Assembly (NCBI GenBank): GCA_934141615.1
Contig: CAKPCM010000001.1
Location: 1-53,632 of the forward strand
Length of the DNA stretch: 53,632 nt
From: an uncultured Bacilli bacterium
GTDB taxonomy: Bacteria > Bacillota_I > Bacilli_A > RF39 > UBA660
Direction: 5' to 3'
This document shows positions 37,189 to 48,056 of the stretch, in pieces. The position numbers and the translations under genes were made by a program. Numbering within the stretch: the stretch's first letter is position 1; the number at the start of each line of letters is the position of its first letter. Below the pieces are notes generated by a model that made no database searches, was not told where the DNA came from, and saw only the letters and a program-made list of their open reading frames with translations.

Positions 37189-38124
37189 ATGAACATTTTA
37201 GACGTAAATAAACTAAAAAATAGGGATTACATAGTACTTTTGCCAAAGTGTGATTATGACATAAGAAAAAGCGTTGAGTATTCATTTGAAAATGTATTTT
37301 ATCTTGATTATGAATTAACCAAAGAACATGCTAATATCTTAATAGATTTTATAAATACGAAATCAAATCAGATAATACTATTTGATTATGATGATTTTTA
37401 TAGGCTTATTCTTCCACATATAAGAAAATCAAAAAAGATAAAATGGATAATTAAAAGTTCTCTTGCACAGTTAACTAATGGTTGTGTTAGAGCAACATTT
37501 ACCAATTTAATGGAATTTTGTGATAGAAATATAGTAAATGAAATAGGCTGTTTAGATAAAGCTACTTATGAAGTTTTAAAAAATGCTGGATATAAAGCAA
37601 AATATATTATGTTGGATACAAAACCAAATGTAAAAAAAGCAAAAAAATCAAACAGTATAGGTATAATTGGAAATGATTATGATCCAAATCATAACATTTA
37701 TAATGAACTAAGTGCTTTAAAATTAGTTGATTATAGTTATATTAAAATAATTAAAAATATGCCAGCAACAAATCATTTTATAAATTTCTTTAATGTAAAA
37801 GAAAAACAAGTTGATAATTTTGAAGATGTTATAAAAGATAATTTTGTTAATTTATATTGTAATTTTACTGCTAACAATAGAGAACTTATTCTTTCAAGTT
37901 TGGATATGGGTATTCCATGTTTATTAGGAAATTCCGATATGTTTGATAATAATCAAAAACTAAAGAAATATTTAATACTTGAAAGTGATGACGATATAAA
38001 TGAAATTGCAAGCAAAATAAAAATAATTAAAAGTGAAAAAGATAAAATTATTAGTGAATATAAAAAATTCAGGGAAAAATATTCCTCTGAATCAAAGAAA
38101 AGTATAGAAAAATTGTTAAAATAA
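37189..38124 (+). CDS. Hypothetical protein with a degenerate GT-B-like C-terminal half
   Basis: …LILSSLDMGIPCLLGNSDMFDNNQKLKKYLILESDDDINEIASKI parallels the C-terminus of the preceding protein. Confidence 0.4.
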   Translation: MNILDVNKLKNRDYIVLLPKCDYDIRKSVEYSFENVFYLDYELTKEHANILIDFINTKSNQIILFDYDDFYRLILPHIRKSKKIKWIIKSSLAQLTNGCVRATFTNLMEFCDRNIVNEIGCLDKATYEVLKNAGYKAKYIMLDTKPNVKKAKKSNSIGIIGNDYDPNHNIYNELSALKLVDYSYIKIIKNMPATNHFINFFNVKEKQVDNFEDVIKDNFVNLYCNFTANNRELILSSLDMGIPCLLGNSDMFDNNQKLKKYLILESDDDINEIASKIKIIKSEKDKIISEYKKFREKYSSESKKSIEKLLK

Positions 38125-38146
38125 AGGCATATGCCTTTATTTTTTG
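38123..38146 (+). terminator. Intrinsic terminator
   Basis: AAAGGCAT/ATGCCTTT perfect palindrome followed by ATTTTTTG. Confidence 0.75.
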
Positions 38147-38193
38147 CCCTATAAAATGTTATAATTTAATTAATAAGATACTTGGAGGAAAAT

Positions 38194-39513
38194 ATGAAAA
38201 AATTAAACATAACATTTTGTAGTTTTCCAGATTTTGCGGGTAATGCAAAAGCTTTATATGAATATATGGTAAAAACATATAATGATAATATGAATTATAC
38301 TTGGATTGTATATAATGAGGCAACCGTAGAAATACTTAAGAAAAAGGGTATAAATGCAATATTAATAGGAACTGATGAATTTAAAAAATACATTCCTAAA
38401 ACTAATGTTTTTTTTACTACGCAGGGCAATTTAGACGGCGATAAATTAAAAGCTAAAAATTCTATATATATAGAATTATGGCATGGAGTTGGACCGAAGC
38501 CAATTGGTTTTGCACAAGAAAATCCAAGTAGGGATGATATAAAGGGATATGAAAACATTGGAGAAGTGGTTGATTATTTTATTGTGCCAAGTGATTTTTG
38601 GAAGACAATTTGGGGCGCTACATTTAAGGTTGAATACTCAAGAATTAAATCGCTTGGAATGCCAATTTTCGATTATTTTAAAAGCGCGGATGGGAAATAC
38701 AATCTTTCTAAAATATTAAATAGGGATTTATCTAAATACAAGAAAATAATTATGTATATGCCTACATTTAGAAAAGGATTTAATCATAATGATGTTTTAA
38801 ATGAAAGTGGAAATGTATTCAATATAAAGGAAGATTATGATTTTGAAAAACTAAATAAATATCTAGAGAAAAAAAGATATTTATTATGTATAAAACCGCA
38901 TCCTGGTGAGATGAGTAAGTTTGCTATTAAAGAATCAGAAAATGTAGCAGTTGTATCAGAAACAAAGATGTTAGAACATCAGATTTCTGTTAATGAAATA
39001 ATGAATGCATTTGATTTATTGATAACAGATTATTCCTCTATAGGGACAGAATTTTTATTTTTAAATAGACCAGTTTTATTTAACGTTTGTGATATTGAAG
39101 AATATAAAAAAAATAGAGGTTTATTATTTGGAAATTCTGATTTTTGGTTTCCTGGACCGACCTTTAGAACACAAAAAGAACTAATTGAAGAAACAGAAAA
39201 ATTATTGAATGATAAAAATTATTATCTAAATGATAGAGAAAATAAGAAGAAATTATGGTTTGGTAGTTTAAAGGATGGCGGTTGCAAGCAAATATGTTGT
39301 TTTCTGTTTGAAAACAATAACATTAGTACTAATGTTAAAAGACATAAAAGTGAAATAGCAAAATTAAAACTTTTAGAAAAAAAGCAAAAAAGTATTATTA
39401 AAGAGCAAACTCAAACAATAAAAAAACTTACAGAATCTGATATAAGATTAAAACAAATAGAAGCATCTAAATCATGGAAGTTGCTAGAAAAAATAAGAAA
39501 AATAGGAAAGTGA
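38194..39513 (+). CDS. CDP-glycerol glycerophosphotransferase family protein (TagB/TagF-like) with a C-terminal coiled coil
   Basis: ELWHGVGPK, YMPTFR and LITDYSSIGTEFLFLNRP motifs. Start moved to ATG 38194 after GGAGG. Confidence 0.75.
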   Translation: MKKLNITFCSFPDFAGNAKALYEYMVKTYNDNMNYTWIVYNEATVEILKKKGINAILIGTDEFKKYIPKTNVFFTTQGNLDGDKLKAKNSIYIELWHGVGPKPIGFAQENPSRDDIKGYENIGEVVDYFIVPSDFWKTIWGATFKVEYSRIKSLGMPIFDYFKSADGKYNLSKILNRDLSKYKKIIMYMPTFRKGFNHNDVLNESGNVFNIKEDYDFEKLNKYLEKKRYLLCIKPHPGEMSKFAIKESENVAVVSETKMLEHQISVNEIMNAFDLLITDYSSIGTEFLFLNRPVLFNVCDIEEYKKNRGLLFGNSDFWFPGPTFRTQKELIEETEKLLNDKNYYLNDRENKKKLWFGSLKDGGCKQICCFLFENNNISTNVKRHKSEIAKLKLLEKKQKSIIKEQTQTIKKLTESDIRLKQIEASKSWKLLEKIRKIGK

Positions 39514-39525
39514 GTAGAGGTAATT

Positions 39526-41592
39526 ATGATTCAAAATAAAAAAAGAAAAATCATTTGTATTGTTGCATCATTAATGTTATCATTTATAGCATTAATAACT
39601 TTTATTTCGTGTTATCAGGCTAAGAAAAGAATTAATTTTAAAATTACTGCTTCAGATGGAATTGTTGCAGTAAATTATATAAGAATAGGAGAAACACAAT
39701 ATAAGATAAAAGCATTTGCTGAAAGATACAATTTGAATTATTCAAATAACAATACCAAAGAAAATGATTGGGATGATATCTTATACATAGATAAAGATAA
39801 AAGTGTTGAATTTAGTCTAACACGATTTCATAATATAAATATAGGTATAGAAAAAAATAAAACTAAGGGAGATTTGCTGGTAAGTTATAATAATAAAATT
39901 AAAAAATATGATTTTTCAAGCAAGAATAAAACGGATGGGGTTTTTATAACAAACCATTTTTCTAAAATTATATTAGATTATTTTACTAATATTACTATTA
40001 ATAAAGCCGTTTTAACATTTTTTGTATATGTTGTATCTTGTATAATACTTTATTATATACTACGTTATGCATTATTAGTGGTAGATAAAGTAAAAGAAAA
40101 GAAAGAATTAAAAATCACTGATATAATCCTTTTATTTTTAAGTGTATTAATATTATGTTTATTATTATTATATCCTTGTATGGAATTAATTGGCAGGTAT
40201 ATAATTATTCCAATTTTTGTTATTCTTTGTATTTTTATATATTATTTAAAAGACTCTCTGAAAAATAATATTCACAGTATTTTTGCGTTATTAGCGATTA
40301 TTTCAACAATACTATTTTCATTAATTATTCCACCTTTTCATGTTCCAGATGAACCAGCACACTATTTTAAGGCATATAGTATCTTAAACCCAGATAAGGT
40401 GGATAATAAAAATAAAACGTTAAGCTTAAAGAGCAATATTGATAATACCATACAAAAATATACATTTGATTTGTTAAATGGGAACTATAGAACTTCTGCA
40501 AAAGAATATTTTGCGAATTTTTGGGTAAAACAAGAAGGAAATAAATATATATCATATAATTTTTATAACACTTATGACTTAAAACCAATTGCATATATTC
40601 CATCAGCAATTGTTATAAAAATATCTACTATGCTTAACTTTCCATTTATTTTTACCTTAATTTTAGGAAGATTAATAAATGCATTGATTTTTGTTATTTT
40701 AGGATTTTTGGCATTGAAAAAAATTCCATATTTTAAAAAGATATTATTTGTTGTTATGTTATTTCCAATTACCATTCAACAGGTTTCCGCAGTTAATCAA
40801 GATAGCTTAACATTGTCTATATCATTTTTGATAATATCTCAAATTTTATATTTAATTAAAGGGAAATTCAAAAAAATATCTTTAAAGGATATGGTTTTAA
40901 CTATTATATTATGTTGTATTTTGGGACTTTGTAAGCCGGTTTATTTCCCTATTACTTTTCTATTGTTAATGATTCCAAAAAATAAATTCAATAGTAAGAA
41001 AGATAAGGCAATTTTTGTATCAATAGCTATATTAATACCAATAATTTTATGCTCAACAAATTATGGGCAGTATGTAACCGGTTCCGTTAATAGTGAGAAA
41101 AAATTATATAAAATGTCTATGATCATAACGCAACCATTTACTATAATAAATGTTGTTTTTCAAACAATATTAGAAAGATTAGATTTAGATATTATAAGGG
41201 GACAAATTAATGGCTTTGGTTGGTCAACAGTATGGTATAAAAATATTGGGGCGTTTATTTTACCAATATTATATTTATTAATTTTGTTTTTTGATAATCC
41301 AGAAGAAAGTAAATTAACTAAATTGGAAAAAATAATATTTGCATCTGTATTTGTGATTATTTTTGGAATTGTTTATGCTTCTATGCTATTTAGTTGGACT
41401 GAGTATGGTAGTGTTACAATAGACGGTTTACAGTCTAGATATTTTATACCAGCCGTATTATTACTTGCAATAGCTTTAACAAATAATAAAATTAAAACAA
41501 GCTTCAAGAATAAAGAACTATATACAATAATAATAGTATTAATTACCATTTCATATTCTTTGTTTACGATAATTAAAGGATTTTATATCTAA
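39526..41592 (+). CDS. Polytopic membrane protein, DUF2142-like (putative GT-C glycosyltransferase)
   Basis: More than 10 TM segments and a PPFHVPDEPAHYFKAY motif after the early TM helices. Has a ~170-aa extra N-terminal region. Confidence 0.55.
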   Translation: MIQNKKRKIICIVASLMLSFIALITFISCYQAKKRINFKITASDGIVAVNYIRIGETQYKIKAFAERYNLNYSNNNTKENDWDDILYIDKDKSVEFSLTRFHNINIGIEKNKTKGDLLVSYNNKIKKYDFSSKNKTDGVFITNHFSKIILDYFTNITINKAVLTFFVYVVSCIILYYILRYALLVVDKVKEKKELKITDIILLFLSVLILCLLLLYPCMELIGRYIIIPIFVILCIFIYYLKDSLKNNIHSIFALLAIISTILFSLIIPPFHVPDEPAHYFKAYSILNPDKVDNKNKTLSLKSNIDNTIQKYTFDLLNGNYRTSAKEYFANFWVKQEGNKYISYNFYNTYDLKPIAYIPSAIVIKISTMLNFPFIFTLILGRLINALIFVILGFLALKKIPYFKKILFVVMLFPITIQQVSAVNQDSLTLSISFLIISQILYLIKGKFKKISLKDMVLTIILCCILGLCKPVYFPITFLLLMIPKNKFNSKKDKAIFVSIAILIPIILCSTNYGQYVTGSVNSEKKLYKMSMIITQPFTIINVVFQTILERLDLDIIRGQINGFGWSTVWYKNIGAFILPILYLLILFFDNPEESKLTKLEKIIFASVFVIIFGIVYASMLFSWTEYGSVTIDGLQSRYFIPAVLLLAIALTNNKIKTSFKNKELYTIIIVLITISYSLFTIIKGFYI

Positions 41593-41633
41593 CAATTTTT
41601 TATAGAATTTATACATTAAGATAATAAATAGAC

Positions 41634-41669
41634 AAAAATAGGACTAATTTTTATAAATGTCCTATTTTT
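41634..41669 (+). terminator. Intrinsic terminator
   Basis: AAAATAGGAC / GTCCTATTTT 10-bp hairpin. Confidence 0.65.
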
Positions 41670-41761
41670 AGTTATAAAAAGAGTTTTAGATGTAAAATAA
41701 TTCTTTTGTTGATAATACAACAATTAATATGTTATAATTATTTTAGAATTGGTGGTGCACA

Positions 41762-42484
41762 ATGCAAAAATTAAAAATTATACTTATTATTCCAGCGTAT
41801 AATGAGCAGGATAATATTTTAAAAACATATGAAAGCATAAAAAAATATAATGCTAAAAATCAAATTAAATATGATGTTATTGTAATAAATGATGGTTCTA
41901 CAGATAATACAGAAAATATACTAAATGAAAATGAAATCCCACATATTACATTGATTCATAATTTGGGTATTGGAGGTGCTGTTCAAACTGGTTATAAATA
42001 TGCTTATGATAATGATTATGATATTGCTGTTCAGTTCGACGGAGATGGGCAACATGATGTTAATTGCGTTAAAGATATAATAAAACCAATATTAGATAAA
42101 AAAGCTGATTTTACAATAGGATCAAGATTTATAGATAAAACTTCTAGTAAGTTTAAATCAACGGTTGCAAGACAAATTGGTATAAGGTTGATTTCTAGAG
42201 CGATAAAAATAGCTACGCACAAAAAAGTTTTTGATACTACTTCTGGTTTTAGAGCTTGTAATAAGAAAATAATATCTCTTTTTGCATCTTCTTATCCGTT
42301 AGAATATCCTGAACCAATAACAACAACAGAATTGCTAAAGAAAGGCTATAGTTTAAAAGAGATTCCAGTTAGTATGAATGAAAGAGAAGGCGGAACGTCT
42401 TCGATTAAAGCTTGGAAAAACATTTATTATATGATAAATGTTTGTTTATCAATACTAATGGTAAAGATTAGGAGGTATAAATAA
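41762..42484 (+). CDS. Glycosyltransferase family 2 (polyprenyl-phosphate sugar synthase-like)
   Basis: IIPAYNEQDNI…NDGSTDNT…FDGDGQHD. Followed by a DUF2304-like gene, as commonly seen. Confidence 0.75.
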   Translation: MQKLKIILIIPAYNEQDNILKTYESIKKYNAKNQIKYDVIVINDGSTDNTENILNENEIPHITLIHNLGIGGAVQTGYKYAYDNDYDIAVQFDGDGQHDVNCVKDIIKPILDKKADFTIGSRFIDKTSSKFKSTVARQIGIRLISRAIKIATHKKVFDTTSGFRACNKKIISLFASSYPLEYPEPITTTELLKKGYSLKEIPVSMNEREGGTSSIKAWKNIYYMINVCLSILMVKIRRYK

Positions 42485-42837
42485 TGTCTGTTTCTTTAAG
42501 AATACTTTTGCTTATTTTTTCTGTAGTTTTGGCACTAGCAACCACGGTTGTTGTTAAAAGAGGCAGGATGCCAATTAAATATTCATTACTATGGTATTTT
42601 TCTTCTCTAATTGTGTTTGTTCTTGCTGTTTTCCCTTTTATAATTGAATGGGTTGCAGGCTTATTTGGCTTTACCACACTATCTAATTTGATTACTGCTA
42701 TTATGATAGGAATATTATTATTTTTAACAATGTCTCTTACCATTATAACAGCTGGTCAAAAAAGAAAGATAACGCTTTTAATACAAGAAATATCTATGTT
42801 AAAAGAAAAGGTAAGTAAGAATGACAAAAAGAGATAA
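42484..42837 (+). CDS. DUF2304-like small membrane protein
   Basis: Three TM helices plus a C-terminal amphipathic tail. Start overlaps the stop of the GT2 gene. Confidence 0.55.
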   Translation: MSVSLRILLLIFSVVLALATTVVVKRGRMPIKYSLLWYFSSLIVFVLAVFPFIIEWVAGLFGFTTLSNLITAIMIGILLFLTMSLTIITAGQKRKITLLIQEISMLKEKVSKNDKKR

Positions 42838-44056
42838 TATTGTAAAAAAAAACTTCCTGTATAATGCAGTTGGTTCTACAGTTAATGCCTCTATATCATT
42901 AATATTTATGATTATTGTAACTAGAATTAATGGTACTGATAAGGCAGGAATTTTTACGTTTGCATTTTCAACATCGTGTCTTTTCCAAGTTATTGGATTA
43001 TTTGCTGGAAGAGCTTATCAAGTTACTGAAACAAATAAAAATTATAAAAATAAGGTATTTATTTATAATCGTATAATTAGTTGTATATTAATGTTTGTTA
43101 CGTCAGTATTATTTGTAGTGATAAGGGGCTATAATCTTTATAAATGTTCTATAATAATACTTTTAATTATGTATAAAATGGTAGAAGCTTTTTCAGAAGT
43201 TTTATATGGAATTATTCAAAAGAATGATGAATTATATAAAGTTGGAATATCATTATTTTTAAAAGGTATATTATCTGTGGCATCATTTTTGATATTAGAT
43301 ATATTCACAAAAAATATAGAACTTTCGATACTTTCTATAATACTCGTAAATATTTTAATTATAATTTTTTACGATTTTAAAAATGCTGAAATTATAAATG
43401 TATTAAAAGAAAAAATAAATAATAAATTTGTATTTTTAATATTTAAATTTGGCTTCTTTACATTTTTATTAACGATTCTTACTCAATATATAATAAATGC
43501 ATCTAAATATTCAAAAGATGGAAATATGTCAAATGAATCTCAAACTATTTTTGGAATTATTCTTATGCCTGCAACTTTAGTAATTTTATGTGGTCAATTT
43601 TTGATTCATCCATTTTTAAATAAATTGACACAATTATTAAAAGAAAAGCGATATAAGGAATTTAAAAATATTGTTTGTAAGTTGGTAGTAGCAATATTTA
43701 TATTTGGAATAATAATTGATATTATTGCTTATTTAATTGGAATTCCATTTTTAGAATTAATATATGGTATTTCTTTAAAAAAGTATAAAATAGATCTAAT
43801 AATAATAATTACAGGTGCTGTATTTTTTGGGATGTCATATATATTTTCCAACGCTTTGATAGCTACTAGAAATACATTTATTCAAGCATTGATATTTATA
43901 ATAACTAGTTTATTTGCATTGGTTGCTTCAAATTTATTAGTATCAAAGCAAGGAATATATGGAGCATCTATTTCATATATGCTTTCGATGTTATTATTGC
44001 TTGTATTATTTATAATATCATTTTTATTTGTATCAAAAAGGAAAGAAGGTAATTAA
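42821..44056 (+). CDS. MOP-superfamily polysaccharide flippase (Wzx-like)
   Basis: ~12 TM segments, 411 aa, locus context. Confidence 0.6.
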   Translation: MTKRDNIVKKNFLYNAVGSTVNASISLIFMIIVTRINGTDKAGIFTFAFSTSCLFQVIGLFAGRAYQVTETNKNYKNKVFIYNRIISCILMFVTSVLFVVIRGYNLYKCSIIILLIMYKMVEAFSEVLYGIIQKNDELYKVGISLFLKGILSVASFLILDIFTKNIELSILSIILVNILIIIFYDFKNAEIINVLKEKINNKFVFLIFKFGFFTFLLTILTQYIINASKYSKDGNMSNESQTIFGIILMPATLVILCGQFLIHPFLNKLTQLLKEKRYKEFKNIVCKLVVAIFIFGIIIDIIAYLIGIPFLELIYGISLKKYKIDLIIIITGAVFFGMSYIFSNALIATRNTFIQALIFIITSLFALVASNLLVSKQGIYGASISYMLSMLLLLVLFIISFLFVSKRKEGN

Positions 44057-44057
44057 A

Positions 44058-44846
44058 TTGATAAATCATACTTTTGTAGTTTTAGCTTATAAAGAATCAA
44101 AGGATTTAGAGAATTGTGTAAAATCGGTTCTTAATCAAAAATATAAATCTAATGTTGTAATAGCAACATCTACACCAAACAAATACATAGATAAAATATC
44201 TAAAAAATACAATTTAAAAGTAATAGTTAATCCTGAAAAAAAAGGAATAGCATATGATTTTAATTTTGCAGTAAACTGTGTGGATTCAACTTTAGTTACA
44301 ATTGCACATCAAGATGATATATATGAATGTGATTATTCTATGGAAATAGTTGAAGCATACAAAAAAAATAAAAATGCTTCAATAATATTTACTGATTATT
44401 ATGAGTTAAGGGGAAAAAATAAAATATCAAATAATTCTAATTTAAAAATCAAAAGGCTTTTATTACTTCCTCTTAAAACTCACTTTTTAGGTAAATTTAA
44501 ACACTGGAAAAGATTCGTTTTAAAATATGGAAATGCAATATCTTGTCCAGCTGTAACTTTTGTTAAGAAAAACACCCCAAAAGACGTATTTATTTGTGAT
44601 TTAACATGTAATGTCGATTGGTTTACGTGGGAAAAACTGTCAAAGCTTAATGGATCCTTTGTATTTGTGTCAAAAAAATTAATGGGACATAGAATTTCAG
44701 AAGTTTCAACTACTACAAGTATAATAAATAGTGGAGTTAGAACAAAAGAAGATTTATATATGTTCAAGAAATTTTGGCCTGGATTTATTGCAAAATTTAT
44801 TAATAAATTTTATAAAAAAGCGGAAAAAAGCAACAATATAGAGTAG
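44058..44846 (+). CDS. Glycosyltransferase family 2-like
   Basis: FVVLAYKESKDLENCVKSVLNQ…AHQDDIY. TTG 44058 chosen, directly after the flippase stop with GAAGGT upstream. Alternative start at ATG 44028. Confidence 0.6.
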   Translation: MINHTFVVLAYKESKDLENCVKSVLNQKYKSNVVIATSTPNKYIDKISKKYNLKVIVNPEKKGIAYDFNFAVNCVDSTLVTIAHQDDIYECDYSMEIVEAYKKNKNASIIFTDYYELRGKNKISNNSNLKIKRLLLLPLKTHFLGKFKHWKRFVLKYGNAISCPAVTFVKKNTPKDVFICDLTCNVDWFTWEKLSKLNGSFVFVSKKLMGHRISEVSTTTSIINSGVRTKEDLYMFKKFWPGFIAKFINKFYKKAEKSNNIE

Positions 44847-44906
44847 GAATAATTTTCCTATTCTATTTTTATATATCCATGATATAATTAAATAGTAGAG
44901 GTGGTT

Positions 44907-47066
44907 ATGATGAGAAAAAATATTTTTGGAATTATATTTGTTTTAATCTTACTTTTGTTCCCTTCCGTCGTAAAAGCTGATAACTCTATTATAACTTACG
45001 AAACTCATGTATCCAATATAGGATGGCAGGGACAAGTAAATAATGGAGATATATCTGGTACAACAGGTCTTTCTAAATCAGTTGAGGCTTATAAGGTAAA
45101 TTTAAATTATTCGGAAAGTTCTCTTAATTATCAAACCTATTCTAGCAAATATGGTTGGCAAGAAATGACTAGTTCTAGTAATGTTTCGGGTACAACAGGA
45201 AAATCCATTCCAATAGAGGCCATAAAAATAAATTTTCAGGGAAAAATATTAAATGATTATGACGTTTATTATAGAGTTCATGTATCCAATATAGGATGGA
45301 TGGATTGGGCAAAAAATGGCGAAGTATCTGGAACTAGTGGATATTCGGATAGAAAAGTAGAAGCGATAATAATAAAATTAATAAAAAAAGGAAATAATGC
45401 TCCAGGTTCCACTGAAAATCATTATTATGAAAATTATTCTGTTGAATATCAGTCACATATTTCAGATATAGGATGGCAATCAACTCGCTATAATGGAGAT
45501 ATATCAGGAACTACTGGTAAAAATAAGAAAATTGAAGCCGTATCGATTGCAATAAACAATAAAACATTATCTGGTAAAATTTTGTATCAAACTTATGTCC
45601 AAGGACTTGGATGGCAGTCAGAAGTTAGTTCTGGCAATATATCAGGAACTACTGGAAAAAATAAAAGAATCGAAGCTATAAGAATAAGACTTACTGATGA
45701 CATAATTAAAAATTATAATATTTATTATAGAGTTCATGTATCCAATATAGGATGGATGGGATGGACCTCTAATGGAAAAAGTTCTGGAACTATTGGTTAT
45801 AATTATCAAATTGAAGCAATGCAAATAAAATTATTAAAAAAAGATGATAAAGCTTTAAGTGATGAAAATAATTGCTTTATTAGTAAGGATTCAACTATTA
45901 GTTATAGTTCCCATGTTTCTGATATAGGATGGATGAATTATGTTAATGATGGAGATATATCTGGTACAACTGGAAAGTCTAAAAGACTAGAAGCACTCAA
46001 AATAAAAATGAGCAATGATTCTGAACAAAATATGATTAGTTATCAAACTCATGTTTCTGATATAGGATGGATGAGTAATGTAAGTGGAAATTCTATTTCT
46101 GGCACTACTGGGAAAAGTAAAAAAATAGAAGCTATAAGAATCAAACTTAATGGAGAGTATGAACAAAAATATGATATATATTATAGGGTTCATGTAGAAA
46201 ATATAGGTTGGATGGACTGGGCAAAGAATGGAGCTAACTCAGGAACAACTGGTCAAGCACTTCAAGTGGAGGCTATTCAAATTAAAATGGTATTGAAAGG
46301 TTCTGCTGCTCCTGGAAAGACTGATGTTCCGTATAGAGAAGCTAAATGGATTAAAGAATCTGATGGTAACACATATTACTATGATGTTTATGGAACCAAA
46401 GTTACTGGTCAAAAAAACATAGGTGGTAGAATATATTACTTTGGACCAACTGGAATTTATTTAGGAAATAGTAATTTAAAAGTTATTGATGTTAGCGTAC
46501 ACCAAGGAAAAATTGATTGGAACAAAGTTGCGAAGAGTGGGATTTATGGGGTTATTCTTAGGATAGGAAGTTGGAATAACGAAGATAAAAGATTTAAAGA
46601 AAACATATCGGAGGTAAAAAGATTAGGCATTCCGTATGGCATTTATATATTTAGTTATGCAAATACCATTAATGGTGCTAATACAGAAGCTAACTTCACA
46701 AAAAACATAATAAGCAAATATAATTTAAATCCTACACTTGGAATTTATTATGATTTAGAGGATTGGTATATTTCAGCAGATAATACATCGAATACATTAT
46801 CTAAAGATCAATACGATAATATAGCAAGAACTTATATTAGTTCGGTAAGTAGTTATGTTGGAAATAAATATAAAGTTAAAATATATGCAGATTTAAATCA
46901 TGTTAATAATAGATTTGGAAGTTATGCCAGAGGTGAATCTGATTGGATAGCACAATATAATAATACGGGATGTACTTATACAGGTAAGTATTCAATGTGG
47001 CAATATTCTTCTGGGGAAACTTTAGATGGAATAAATGGAAATGTTGATATGAGTATTTTATATTAA
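44907..47066 (+). CDS. Secreted cell-wall hydrolase: signal peptide + 9 ChW repeats + choline-binding-like repeats + GH25 muramidase
   Basis: Nine Y-x-[ST]-[HY]-V-x-x-[IY]-G-W … GTTG … [IV]EA[IYV] units. Then GNTYYYDVYGTKVTGQKNIGGRIYYF, and GH25 motifs VIDVSVHQGKIDW and YYDLEDW. Confidence 0.85.
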   Translation: MMRKNIFGIIFVLILLLFPSVVKADNSIITYETHVSNIGWQGQVNNGDISGTTGLSKSVEAYKVNLNYSESSLNYQTYSSKYGWQEMTSSSNVSGTTGKSIPIEAIKINFQGKILNDYDVYYRVHVSNIGWMDWAKNGEVSGTSGYSDRKVEAIIIKLIKKGNNAPGSTENHYYENYSVEYQSHISDIGWQSTRYNGDISGTTGKNKKIEAVSIAINNKTLSGKILYQTYVQGLGWQSEVSSGNISGTTGKNKRIEAIRIRLTDDIIKNYNIYYRVHVSNIGWMGWTSNGKSSGTIGYNYQIEAMQIKLLKKDDKALSDENNCFISKDSTISYSSHVSDIGWMNYVNDGDISGTTGKSKRLEALKIKMSNDSEQNMISYQTHVSDIGWMSNVSGNSISGTTGKSKKIEAIRIKLNGEYEQKYDIYYRVHVENIGWMDWAKNGANSGTTGQALQVEAIQIKMVLKGSAAPGKTDVPYREAKWIKESDGNTYYYDVYGTKVTGQKNIGGRIYYFGPTGIYLGNSNLKVIDVSVHQGKIDWNKVAKSGIYGVILRIGSWNNEDKRFKENISEVKRLGIPYGIYIFSYANTINGANTEANFTKNIISKYNLNPTLGIYYDLEDWYISADNTSNTLSKDQYDNIARTYISSVSSYVGNKYKVKIYADLNHVNNRFGSYARGESDWIAQYNNTGCTYTGKYSMWQYSSGETLDGINGNVDMSILY

Positions 47067-47173
47067 GATTTTAATTAAGAAAAGAATATAAGATTTTATT
47101 AAACTAATATCACTTATATTTCTTTTTTTTATGCTATATATGTTATAATACTTATACAAGGAGGTTTTTGTAT

Positions 47174-48055
47174 ATGAAAGGAATTATTTTAGCAGGAGGA
47201 TCTGGAACAAGATTATATCCAATAACAGAGGGAACTAGTAAACAGCTAGTACCAGTTTATGATAAACCTATGATATATTACCCATTATCAGTATTAATGG
47301 AAGCAGGAATAAGAGATATATTAGTTATTACAACGCCAGAAGACCAAACTAATTTTAAAAGACTATTAGGGAACGGAAATAAATTTGGGGTTAATTTAAG
47401 TTATACAGTTCAACCATCTCCAGATGGACTTGCTCAAGCATTTATTCTTGGAGAAGAATTTATTGGTGATGATGAGTGTGCAATGGTACTTGGAGATAAT
47501 ATTTTTTATGGTAGTGGGCTTAGAGAAACGCTTGAAAGTGCAGTTACTAACGCAAAAGCTGGTCAAGCAACTATTTTTGGATACCAAGTTAAAGATCCAG
47601 AAAGATTTGGAATTATGGAAATAGATAAAGATAATAATGTTTTAAGCGTAGAAGAAAAACCATTAAAACCAAAGAGTGATTATGCTATAACCGGATTATA
47701 TTTTTATCCTAGAGGAGTAGCCGAAGAAGCCAAAAAAGTTAAACCATCTGCAAGAGGTGAACTTGAAATAACAACATTAAATGATCAATACCTAAAGCAA
47801 GGTAAATTAAAAGCGTGTCTTTTAGGTGAAGGTTATACATGGTTTGATACAGGCACATTTGATAGCTTACTTGAAGCATCCAATATGATTAAGGCAATTC
47901 AAAATAACAGAGATAGTGTAGTTTGTTGTCCTGAGGCAATTGCATATAACAATGGATGGTTTTCTGATGCTGATTTAGAAAAGAGTGCTGATTTAATGAA
48001 GAAAAATAGTTACGGAAAGTATTTATCTAAGGTGCTAGAAAGAGGAAGAAAGTAA
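47174..48055 (+). CDS. rfbA: Glucose-1-phosphate thymidylyltransferase
   Basis: [18 protein letters not shown] … LGDNIFYG. Confidence 0.95.
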   Translation: MKGIILAGGSGTRLYPITEGTSKQLVPVYDKPMIYYPLSVLMEAGIRDILVITTPEDQTNFKRLLGNGNKFGVNLSYTVQPSPDGLAQAFILGEEFIGDDECAMVLGDNIFYGSGLRETLESAVTNAKAGQATIFGYQVKDPERFGIMEIDKDNNVLSVEEKPLKPKSDYAITGLYFYPRGVAEEAKKVKPSARGELEITTLNDQYLKQGKLKACLLGEGYTWFDTGTFDSLLEASNMIKAIQNNRDSVVCCPEAIAYNNGWFSDADLEKSADLMKKNSYGKYLSKVLERGRK

Positions 48056-48056
48056 T

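Noticed and set aside
44028-44057. ATG 44028 as the start of the last GT2-like gene
   Set aside because: It would overlap the flippase gene by 29 nt and add a basic, non-conserved-looking peptide. TTG 44058, right after the flippase stop with GAAGGT upstream, seems more plausible, but this remains uncertain.
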